From: Octopus vulgaris
Lineage: Eukaryota
Assembly: GCA_951406725.2 (NCBI GenBank)
Contig: OX597826.1
Span: forward strand, 64,232,001 to 64,296,000
Length of the DNA stretch: 64,000 nt
Reading direction: 5' to 3'
Made by a program: the position numbers and the translations under genes. The notes below the pieces were generated by a model. The model was given only the letters and a program-made list of their open reading frames with translations, was not told the DNA's origin and searched no databases. Of the stretch, positions 52,900 through 64,000 are shown piece by piece. Within the stretch, counting starts at the first letter, position 1. Every line of letters begins with the position of its first letter.

Positions 52900-53685
52900 T
52901 ATTGACAGACTGAATGACTTGGTCTATTCTATAGCTAATATCAAGACAAATTGAGCTTGACCCTAACAAGAAACAGCCCCCAGCCAACCCAAGACTTCAA
53001 AATGGAAAGATGATATAGTATACAAAAACTGGAAAACAAAGGAATGACTTATCCTTATTGGGCAATATGCCAACACTTTGATGTGAAAACCTGAACAAGA
53101 AGTGGTACAAGCATGTACTGGACACATGACGAGGAGCTGGCCACAATGATCTGGGATATGCCTGTCCAAACTGACAGAGATCAAAGCAGACCCTTTGGAC
53201 AATAATAAAAGACTGGAAAGCAAACACATGCTCACTGATAGACATCATATTTGCCTCTGATAAAAATATAACTGAAAAAGAAGTGGGAAAAAAACTATCA
53301 AAATACAAGGACCTTGAAACTAAAATATTCAAGATATGATGCACGAGGATGCAAACAACAACTGTAGTAGCTGGAGTATTAAGTATGATTTGAAAAACAT
53401 CCAACACCAGAGCTGAAGACACCTCCGAAAGTGGGGGACCCCACCACGTCAAAACAGTAGAGGAGTAGGGGCCGAAACTAGACGTGGTTCCTCCTGATGA
53501 TGTCTTGAGCTAACTGGATCCTATAAAGGAGCTGTTGTGGTAGCAGACCACGAAACACGGTTGAAATTCCTCCTGTCAAGCGACATATAAGCCATACCAA
53601 GACTCATAATACTACACACTACCCCCCCAAATATAGCACTGCTAGGAACAGCCCACATCTTATGTAAGACACTATTGATTCAATA
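52900..53685 (+). pseudogene. Decayed R4/Dong-like RLE domain (may extend upstream to ~52000)
   Basis: KWYKH..IWDMPVQTDR..LIDI..DKNITEKE..KLSKYKDLE..IALLGTAHIL. Confidence 0.7.
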
Positions 53686-54573
53686 GAATAGCTCATTATT
53701 TTATAGAAAGCTCAAAGAGAACAATCTTTAGGCACAACACACCCTTATACATTAACAACCTAATAATCTAAAAACAACACAGCATGTTCTACACAAGATT
53801 AACTGGAATTTTGTTGGTTACAATGGCAAGGGTTCCAGTTGACCCAATCAACAGAACTGCCTGCTCATGAAATTAACGTGTAAGTGGCTGAGCACACCAC
53901 ATACACGTGTACCCTTACCGTATTTCTCAGGGAGATTCAGCATGACACAGAGTGTGACAAGGCTGGCTCTTTGAAATACAGCAACTACTCATTTTTGCCA
54001 GCTGAGTGGACTAGAGCAATGTGAAATAAAATGTTTTGCTGAAGGACACAATGCACTACTGGGAATTGAACACATGGCCCTAAGATTGTGAGCTGAATAC
54101 CTTAACCACTAAGCCATGCACCTTTACATATAAGATTAAGACCCAATAAAATAACACAACCTACACTACACATTGTACAACAAAGCAAACAATATCATAA
54201 CAAGAAGTAATAAACTAAACCCCATAACAAAACAAACTGATGCAGTACATCAACAGTAGGAGCCTTCACTTCTCCAATCACCACAAAAATAAAAATAGAA
54301 ATAAACTAGCTATAAACTAAAAAAAGATATAATAAAGAATTCCACTTGTCAGCACTTATTTGACAATAATAGTTCACTTAAACATGTATTCAAATTTATA
54401 AATAATTCACTAACTCACAAAAAATACAAAGCTAAAACATCAATATTCTTTGGAAAATTATCAATTGGCTTTTGTGACAAAATTGAAAAATGTTGAACAT
54501 TCCCTCCCTCCACCAAACACATCAAATGATATGTGTTTCCTTATATTTATTATTTCAAACAGTTACACTTTAC

Positions 54574-54852
54574 ATATTCTGATGTGTCTGGGGAGAGTCA
54601 TTTTCTTTTTGTGTCTTATAATTTAACACATGCACCGGTAAAATTTTCACTTATTTCTTATTTTTATTTTCATAAAATTTTCATTGCGTTTTGCAACCTT
54701 TTCCATAGTCTTGACTCTCAAGACTATTACCGGTGAGTGTGTTAAATTTTAAGGCACTAAAAGAAAATGACTCTCCCCAGACCCAACAGAATATGCTTCA
54801 ACACACGCACTCATATAAAGAATCTTGCAAACCAAATCCAAAAACGAAATAT
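54574..54852. mobile_element. Fold-back copy of the family at 6659-6902
   Basis: gtctggggagagtcattttcttt..accggtaa is inverted at ttaccggt..aaagaaaatgactctccccagac. Confidence 0.7.
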
Positions 54853-55019
54853 TTTACATAGTAATACATATATATATATACAAGGGAATTAACCCTTTGC
54901 TTGTCCTGTGTATCATAAGTGACACACAGGTCATATTTCCTTGGCACCCATGCAGCATATAATACATGTTTCAAATTTTTTCAACCGTCAGTAACTTGGG
55001 ACGTATGAAAGGGAAATTT

Positions 55020-55736
55020 ATGAGGTGCATTCAAAAAATATCTGACTTTATTTTATCCTGCCAAATCTAATAAAGTGTGGGAAAAATCCTTTGGATGGGA
55101 AGTGATGCCACCCTTCCTGTGCATGCATGAAATCTTTCATGCTGGTAGGCTGCATCAGCTCCCAGTGGTTACACCTAAAGTACAAATATGTAGTGGGTGC
55201 TAGTCAGATTTTTTTTGTCATCAAATGCATTGAGCAGAGATATTGCAGCAAGTTTTACTAAAAGCTTGGTGATACTCAATCTCAAACCATCCAGAAGATG
55301 GCTTTTGGCAATGATGCCATGGGCAAAACTCAGATTATGGAGTAGTACATCAGCTTCAGACATGGCTACACCTCAGTGGAGAGTGAGGCATGCTCAGGCA
55401 GGTCATCCACAAATCAAGACGAGGAGCCAATTATGAAGGTTTAGTGAATAGTCAAAGACCATCATGTAATAACACAGGAATTGCACATGAAGTGGGAATA
55501 AGCAAAACATTCAATTTTAATGGATGATTTGTGCATGTGGAGAGTGTCAGCAAAATTCATTCTCAAGGTGTTGGCAGGACAGCAGAAGCAACTCTGCATG
55601 GAAATCATTCAGGATATGTTGGACTGTGCAACTACAATCCAGACTTCTTGAAGATTATCATCACTGATGATAAGACATGGGTTTATGGTCTCTACTTGAT
55701 GCATTCATTCTCCTTGCATGATAGCAAAAATCTGGT

Positions 55737-55760
<24 letters not shown>
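55020..55760 (+). pseudogene. Mariner remnant with internal deletion
   Basis: tatgaggtgcattcaaaaa terminus; FLKIIITDDKTWVYG; similar fragment at 1-72. Confidence 0.65.
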
Positions 55761-55786
<26 letters not shown>

Positions 55787-56796
55787 AGCATTAGAGCACA
55801 AAGCTGATTGCCCTTTGCTGGACATGGTATTCAAAGTATGTTATGCAAAAACAAGCAGAAGATAGTGAAATTACATTTTATGGAATAAAGCAACATGGTT
55901 TCATATTGTGTCTAAGGTGGCTTTGCTTGAAGATTCAAAACTCCAATTTTTTATAATGTTGAGCAAAGCTCCTAAAACCTTTGAAAATATATAGTTTGGT
56001 GGGAATTTGCACAAATTTCCTTTAAAATCTACTGCCCATCATTGCTAATATGCTAACCAATACTGATTGGCCAAAAAGATATGTAACTAACTTCTGGTAA
56101 TCAGTGATATAGTCTCCAACAAATAACTATTGTAGTCATTGTAATATTAATAAATAATTAAATGGTTTCATCCAAGACATCAAATGGACTTGGTTTTAAC
56201 CTGGAACTAGTTACATTGGCAACCTGTGATGTCTGAGATTTATATTGGTGATGTCTGATGTTTTGTCAAGCTACACTGGAGACCGTGAGACTAGAAATGG
56301 CAATGAAAGCAAGCAATGTTGATGACCAGCACTTTTTAACTTAACAAATTGATGACCAGTTTAATGTCAAGAATTGGCAGCCAAACCAACAAACTACATT
56401 AACAAGATGCCAACATTCAACTTCTACAAACCTTTAATATGAACACCACCACTACAACCTGCTGAATCCAACAACGATAGAGTTCTTCAAATCAATAAAA
56501 CCCAACAAACATAGAAATATTGATTTCTTTGCCATTATATGTATATATACATACATTGACACACACACACTCATACATAACAAATGAGAGAAAAAAAAAA
56601 TGGAATTCACAAGATTCTTTATTAATCACGATTGTTTTGACTCTGACTCATCTTACAATGAGCCCTTGCAGGTGAGATACTATACAATGGGTTATGGTGC
56701 ATCATTCAGTGCAGATGTGTCTCACTAGGTGACTTTTTAAAAGGTACCTCACTCAATAAACTTGGTTTGATTATGCAGTGTGTGTGTGTGTGTATA

Positions 56797-57195
56797 TATT
56801 TCTCCCTCTGCCGAAAAGGCAATTGTTTCCAAACACGCCTGCTAGATAAGTTATATTTGTCTCCTTTTGTCTAAAGTCGTAAGACACCTGCTGTTATCCT
56901 GTTATTAACCATTCTTGTTTTTATTTTTATTTTTATTTTTGTTTTCGTTTTTTGTATTTATATTCGTCCCTGTTGCGTTTACATTCGTTCCTTTTTCCAA
57001 GAAATCTAATGCTCACAGCTTAGTTTTTCCTTGGGGCTGGCCGCGTTGGAGCAAATATCAGAATTAATCAGCCGAAATTTGCTATGATGATCCGGTTTCT
57101 GACTGAAGATTAAAGGCTTCGAATGACCCGTCTGTTTTCTGTGTTCGTCCCTTTGTGTATTTCACTTTCTTGTTTCTTTATATATAAATTTTATT

Positions 57196-57197
<2 letters not shown>
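56797..57197 (+). mobile_element. (TA)n-associated repeat fragment, probably Penelope-like
   Basis: Flanked by TG/TA arrays; homologous to 23268-23420. Confidence 0.45.
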
Positions 57198-57241
<44 letters not shown>

Positions 57242-57874
57242 TACATACATACATACATACATACATACATACATACATACATACATACATACATACATAC
57301 ATACATACATACATACATACATACATACATACATACATACATACATACATACATACATACATACATACATACATACATACATACATACATACATACATAC
57401 ATAGTATTAAGCACTTATGGTATGCAAATTAGTTTTCCCAGTTCTCTGAAACTACTGGATTACATTGACTCCAATACTTGATTGACGTTTTTGTTTTTCA
57501 AACTCTGAGGTATGAAATGCAAAGCTGATCTCAACAGGGTTTGAACTCAGAATGGAAAGAGCCAGAAGAAATGCTGTTTGGAATTTTGTCTGGTGCAGTT
57601 ATGACTCAGCCAGCTAGTCACCTCAGTAACAACAATAATAATTCTGTCTATTATAGGCACAATTATAGGCTCGAAATTTGGTGGGAGGGGGCTAGTGAAT
57701 ACCATCAACACCAACCTGAAAGGATGAAAGGCAAAGTTGACTTCAGCAGTACTGGAACTCAGAATATAACAAGTCAAAAGAAATACTGCTAAGCACTTTG
57801 TCCAGCGTGCTAGTTGTACATTATTTACATTATTTACATTCGATAGATATTTGTCCCCATCTTGTTTGTTGTTA

Positions 57875-57915
57875 ACACATTTCAGCTGATATACCCTCCA
57901 GCCTTCTTCAGGTGT
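57875..57915 (-). ncRNA. Degenerate minimal hammerhead-like motif
   Basis: ACAC-CTGAAGA-A-GGCTG-GAGGGTATAT-CAGCT-GAAA-T-GTGT; stem III and cleavage triplet deleted. Confidence 0.4.
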
Positions 57916-57983
57916 CTTGGGGAAATTTTGAACCTGGGTTCTCATTCCTAAGGTATTTTTCAATGTTATTATTATTATATATA

Positions 57984-58395
57984 GGCGCAGGAGTGGCTGT
58001 GTGGTAAGTAGCTTGCTAACCAACCGCATGGTTCCGGGTTCAGTCCCACTGCGTGGCATCTTGGGCAAGTGTCTTCTGCTATAGCCCCGGGCCGACCAAT
58101 GCCTTGTGAGTGGATTTGGTAGACGGAAACTGAAAGAAGCCTGTCGTATATATGTATATATATATATATATGTGTGTGTGTGTTCATGTGTCTGTGTTTG
58201 TCCCCCTAGCATTGCTTGACAACCGATGCTGGTGTGTTTAGGTCTCCGTCACTTAGCGGTTCGGCAAAAATGAGACCGATAGAATAAGTACTGGGCTTAC
58301 AAAGAATAAGTCCCGGGGTCGATTTGCTCGACTAAAGGCGGTGCTCCAGCATGGCTGCAGACAAATGACTGAAACAAGTAAAAGAGTAAAAGAGT
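57984..58395 (+). mobile_element. SINE family A copy
   Basis: Colinear with 73-480. Confidence 0.85.
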
Positions 58396-59017
58396 AATAG
58401 TGTTCAGGTCACTGCTTTGAATCGAAATCGGAATCTTGTGGTTAGCAGCCTGTGCTCTTAACCACTACACCATATTCCCATGTGCTAGTTGTATTTAATA
58501 TCCAGTTTTTAATCCCAAACAATTTTCTCAAAGCAGAGCAATTCATTATCTTAACAATTCTTAAAACAAAATGCAATTTGGCACTTAACAGACAACTGAC
58601 TGGTATATTTTAAATAGTAACCACTGATCAAAAATAGTGAGAAATAGTATTCACAAATTTTCAAAAATTTATATGCCAGGTTGTATTGAGAGTACTGATA
58701 TTACAGACAATGGTCTCTGGAGAGAAAAACTTTTTTAATGTTGAAAGAAAAATTGATAATTTGAAACATCAAGAAACAAGGAAAATTTTTTGTTCTCTAA
58801 CAAACTTTTTTCTCAGTTCATTTCTGCTCACTCTAAAATAACACATCCAGTGCATCATGTTGACAGCCTCATTTTTTTCTACCTTACAAGTTTTTCTTAT
58901 TTAAGACCTATGTTTTACAACTTTGCATTTCATACAAAACACCGTACAACTGGGAGAGTGAAGGGTGGTGATAATAGCACTGAGCTGTTTTGTTTTATGT
59001 TCTTATTCTGGTTACAG

Positions 59018-59330
59018 CGCTTTTGGAACATCCACCTCTACTGAATTAGGTCATCTAGGTAACAAAGCCAATCAGCCTTATGAGCACTTGAAGGCATTTT
59101 CTGTATGGAAGTCAACATCAAATCCAACAATGCATGTTTCAAATGTCCAGTGATAAAAACAAGAAGAAAACAAACAGAAAATCGTGTATATGTGTAGGAA
59201 GTATCACAGCTGGCTACAGTAATAAAGTAGCTATCTTAGCAACTGAAGAGACAACAGTTCATACGATGTTATTATTACTATTCTATGTCACTAGTGAAGA
59301 GAATTCCGGCTGGTTCAGTCTACAAATTCT
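59018..59330 (+). other. Candidate exon of an unidentified plus-strand gene
   Basis: Acceptor tttgttttatgttcttattctggttacAG, donor TCT|GTGAGT; ORF from ATG 59134 is open to the donor (phase 2). Confidence 0.4.
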
Positions 59331-60743
59331 GTGAGTAGAAATTATGTGGTAGCAAGATTTTTCTGCAAACAATAATAGTGCCATATAATTGAAGAGAAGT
59401 TTATTAATTTGCAGTGCCCAGTTAAAATCCTGGTGGAGAGAGGGAGAGAGAGAAGATGGACAAACGATATCAGCCCTTTCAGAATGACTTGCTAATTTGA
59501 GTTGAGGGAACCTGAACATAACTGCTTGATCTAGAAGAAATAATGGCTTTATCTCTCTTAAAATAACCACACCCTAACATCTTAAAAGGAAGGACATATT
59601 GGATAACGTAATCTTAGATAAATAACATGGGGTGCTTATGACTGGAATGTCTTTGGTCATAGCTGAGCTGGGGTTAAACAATAATAACACTACATAGCTT
59701 GCACAATATTCTTAATAATAATATTTTCAACCAGTTCGGCAGTGAACTGACAGAATTGTTAGCATGCTGGGCAAAATACTTAGTGGCATTTCCCCCATTT
59801 TTATATTCTGAGCTGAAATTCTGCCAAGATCGACTTTAATTTTCGTCCTTTTGGGGTCAATAAAAAAGCACCAGTTGAGCATCAAAGTTGATGTAATAAA
59901 CTTACTGCTTCCTCTGGAATTCCTAGATTTGTTCCAAAATTTGAAATCATTATTTTCTACCAGAATATAAAGGATATATTATATTATCATCATTGTTGTT
60001 TCCATCACAAGATCCAGAACTTGAGTTTCTCAATATTCCTTAGAGCTATGCCAGTCAAAGGATAGAGGTCGAATTAATATGGACCGTCTCTTCCTAGAGA
60101 TAAAAATGGGTTTGTATACAGACAACATCCCTACCAAAAATAAAAATCTAAGTTACATAAGCATTGATGACAATTCAAAACCAACAAGACTCGGGAGAGG
60201 AAGGCCTTCTCTCAGAGAGACATGGCTGTGGTAAAGCTGGAAAAATAGGGATCCAACTAGAATGAGGCAGAAAAGGTAGCCTAGAGTCAAGAACAGTAGC
60301 TGCGGGGCAAAATGGGTAATTTCTGATTTCTTATTAATATTTTTTTGTGTTTGAAACAATTACAATGTGAATGTTGCTTATTTTATACTATTATGTCATC
60401 GTTGGGAGTAAAAATTGATCGCCATTGTTGTTACTGAATTTGAGACTAAAAATTGGTTGGCACTGTTGTTACTCAATTTGAAACCGCTTGAAATATAGTC
60501 AACTGACAGGCACTTTTTTTCCAAGAAATTTTTCAACTTTGATCCAACTGTAGTTGGAGTTGCTAATAAGATATCTGGATAATTTTTGGTGTTTAACAAT
60601 TAAAATTCTTTTCTCTGTTGGATTCCAAGTCAATTTTTTTTCTCATGCTAATGTCTAATTTGATAATTTTCAATTTTCAAAAAATGATGTCTAAATTTAG
60701 GCAAAATGAGTAACAATTAGTTTCAATTTCTTCTCTTTAACAG

Positions 60744-60811
60744 CATGACGCATAAATACATCTGGAAGAAAACCACTCCAGCAGATTGTAAAAGAAGACA
60801 TAGAGAATATT
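60744..60811 (+). CDS. Candidate 68-nt exon, (L)MTHKYIWKKTTPADCKRRHREY
   Basis: Strong acceptor tttcaatttcttctctttaacAG, donor ATT|GTATGT; the only open frame is in phase with the 59018-59330 ORF. Confidence 0.4.
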
Positions 60812-62092
60812 GTATGTTGAGTTTTGTTTTTTTCATATCATGTGCCATTTTTCCAAGATCCTCTTTCATTTGACCGAGATATTTAGAATTTTTGTTGCAT
60901 TTCTGATTTTGATACTGATGTGCATGAGTCTTTTTTCAAATGTAATTCTCAAGAACTGTAGAGGCAAATTTACCTTACTTTGTCTTACTCATTTAGCTCC
61001 AGCTAACTTTGTCTTTTATATGCTCAAAGAGAATGGTGATAATTTACTGAAATAGTGTTCTGATTATGTTCTAGCCCTTTTAATGTATTTAGAGGTCATT
61101 TGCTTAGCTGATAGATTTTTTTGTAGGGTAGTAAACATTTGTAAAAAAATATAGGAGTGGCTGTGTGGTAAGAAGCTTCCGACCAATGACTTGTGAGTAG
61201 ATTTGGTAGATGGAAACTGAAAGAAGCCTATTGTATATATGTATCTACAGTAATCCCTCGACTATTGCAGGTATCACATTCCACCCACCCCCGCGTTAGG
61301 GGTTAAAAGAGTTAAAAATCCAATTACCACCACCAACATCATCATCATCATCGTACATCCATTTTCCATGTTGACATGGATTGGATGCGTCATCAATGTC
61401 TGAGTTGGTCCATACTTAGAGTTTACTACTCTCAATTGTCTATCAAAAATATTTTCTTAAATTGGTTAACATTTTTCGTAGGTTATGACCAAGATCAGAT
61501 AAAGTTGGTTTTTCTTAATTAGATGGGAAATCAACATTATGAATAATTAACTAATTGAAAGACGAGCAGAAATTTTTGTGGGAGGTGAGGGAGAAAAGTG
61601 AAAACTTGTTAATTTTGTGTTTAATTTAAATAATTCATTGCAATTCACATAAATGTGTAAAAAGCCAATAAAAATTAGCAATGCACTAATGGAAATAAGA
61701 TTAAAAATTTACAAATAAATCATTAAAGTCTTCTTCCCCCCCCCGCCCCTGAAAGACCAAATTTACATATATCTGACAGCAGGCTATTTTAAAAGTGAAA
61801 CAGGAAAAAATTTTTAATGATTTTTTTCATATCAGGTGTAGTCATAGGCATGGCTATGTAGTTCAGAAGCTTCCTCTGCAACCATGTGATTTTCGGTTCA
61901 GCCCATTGTATGGCACCTTGGGTAAGCTCCAGGCAGACCAATGCCTAGTGAATGAAATCGGCAGACAAAAACTTCATGGAAGCCTGTCACGTGTGTGTGT
62001 GTGTGTGTGACTGTGTTTGTCACTCCTACCAGCTTGATAACTGGTGTTGCTTTGTTTACATGCCCATAACCTAGCAGTTTGGCAAAAGACTA

Positions 62093-62485
62093 AAGGCGGC
62101 GAGCTGGAAGAAACATTAGCGTGCCGGGCGAAATGCTTAGTGGTATTTCATCTGCTGCTACATTCTGAGTTCAAATTCTGCCGAGGTTGACTTTGCCTTT
62201 CATCCTTTCGGGGTCATTTAAATAAGTACCAATTATGCTCTGGGGTCAATATAATCGACTTAATCCATTTGTCTGTCCTTGTTTGTCCCCTGTGTGTTTA
62301 GCCCCTTGTGGGTAGTAAAGAAATAGGTATTTTGTCTGCTGCTATGTCCTGAGTTCAAATTCTGCTGAGGTTGACTTTGCCTTTCATCCTTTCAGGGTCG
62401 ATTAAAAAAGTACCAGTTACACTCTGGGGTTGATATAATCAACTTAATCCATTTGTCTGTCCTTGTTTGTCCCCTCTGTGTGTAG
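62093..62485 (+). mobile_element. SINE family B dimer nested in decayed family A (~61850-62610)
   Basis: agtttggcaaaagactaa is duplicated on both sides. Confidence 0.8.
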
Positions 62486-63821
62486 AAATAAGTTTGGCAA
62501 AAGACTAACAGAATAGGTACCAGACTTAAAAAATTTAAAAACCTAAGTACTAGGGCAATTTGTTCAACTAATTGTCTGCAGACCAATGACAGAATCAAGT
62601 AAAAGACAAAAAGGAAAGAAAAAAATCATAGGCTGCTTTAGTCAACTGAATTTTGACTTTAGAAACTCACAGATAACACAGTTTCCTAATCTTATTTGGT
62701 TCATTGATTTCTTTAATATGTCAATTAAATTAATGTGTCTGTTTCTATGTGGTCCAGGAACTGTCAGAATATCTGTCTTCCATTGTCTTGTAAACATGAA
62801 TTGCATTTAGATTATTATTGGAACATTATAGAGACAAGCTGTCAGCAGCTGCCATTGCAACTTTGGTTTCAATTGCCAATTGTAACCAAATCACTTTACC
62901 TCTATAGGTAATGACCTTCAGAAACATCATAAATTCTATATAACTGCAACCCCTCTCAAGAAAAATCAATACGTTACTTACAAGTGGTTAGGTCAGTAGA
63001 GTTGGCAGATACATGGAGGCAATTTAACTACATGTTTTATTACATTCCATTCATTTTAGTGCTTTTAGATTGTGAACTGTTGAATGAATGACACATATTC
63101 TATACCTACTCAACAAACATTGGTATGAAGCCAGTAAGGGAACAATTATGTGACTTGCTACAAGTAGCAGCCAAGTCAACCTCTAGTCATATCTCACTCT
63201 CTTCAAAATGAAGCACATTGGACAATGTAGTCTTAAAAACTGCTTATAAAAATGGGATGGTCATGGATGAAATATCTAATTATAGGCTTGCTCAATTAAG
63301 CTTGACCTGAGTCTAGCTTTGGGCTAAGCAACAAATTGGCCTAGTGGTTTGTCAACTAAATATTGGCTTCAAATATTGGCACAGGGCCAGAAATTTTGGG
63401 GGAAGAGTTACGTCTATTACACGAAACCCAGCGCACAACTTACTATTTATTTTATCGACTCCAAAAGGCTAAAAGGGAAAGGCGACCTCAGCAGAATTTG
63501 AACTCAGAATGTAAAAACAGATGAAATATTGCTAAGCATTTTTTGCCCATGTGCTAAGTTGTTCTGCCAGCTTGCAACCTTAATGATAATAATAGGTACA
63601 CAATCCTTTATCCAGAACGCTTGTGGACAGCTGTGTTCTGAATTTTGGGGTTTTCCAGATTTCAGAACAAAAGCCAGCTGCCCCAGATTGTAAACTAGAC
63701 ATTAAAATAAACATCCTACTATGGTAACAAAAGCACATATATACATATTCACAATCAGTAGGGAAAATAGATAGTTAATGAGTAATATACTGGTAAATGA
63801 AATAGTGAGATAATGAAGACC

Positions 63822-64000
63822 ATCATCATCATCATCATCATCATCATTTAACGTCCGCTTTCCATGCTAGCATGGGTTGGACGGTTCAACTGGGGTCTGG
63901 GGAGCCCGAAAGCTGCACCAGTCCAGTCAGATCTGGCAGTGTTTCTACAGCTGGATGCCCTTCCTAACGCCAACCACTCCGAGAGTGTAGTGGGTGATTT
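63822..64000 (-). mobile_element. Family C copy (runs off the window)
   Basis: (CAT)n tail and conserved body. Confidence 0.8.

Overview
This is AT-rich, microsatellite-dense animal genomic DNA, and its repeat families suggest a coleoid cephalopod, most likely Octopus (inference). Most entries in the ORF track are artefacts of simple repeats. The real coding content is: (1) one spliced minus-strand exon encoding the N-terminus of an NRPS-type adenylation domain (1569-1836; the gene runs off the left edge); (2) a full-length ~5.85 kb Tx1/L1-clade LINE (45397-51251, minus) inserted in an (AAT)n array, whose checked frameshifts are all single-base losses in homopolymers; (3) decayed mariner/Tc1, RTE and R4/Dong-like remnants; (4) possibly two in-phase plus-strand exons near 59-61 kb. 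Several SINE families and MITEs are present. The most interesting signals are a complete Type I hammerhead ribozyme inside a ~335-nt tandem-plus-inverted repeat (22537-23244; retrozyme/Penelope-like), further hammerhead-like motifs in short elements within (TA)n or (ATT)n, a SINE family sharing its 3' tail with the Tx1 LINE, and several fold-back insertions. Repeat boundaries were read by eye and are approximate.
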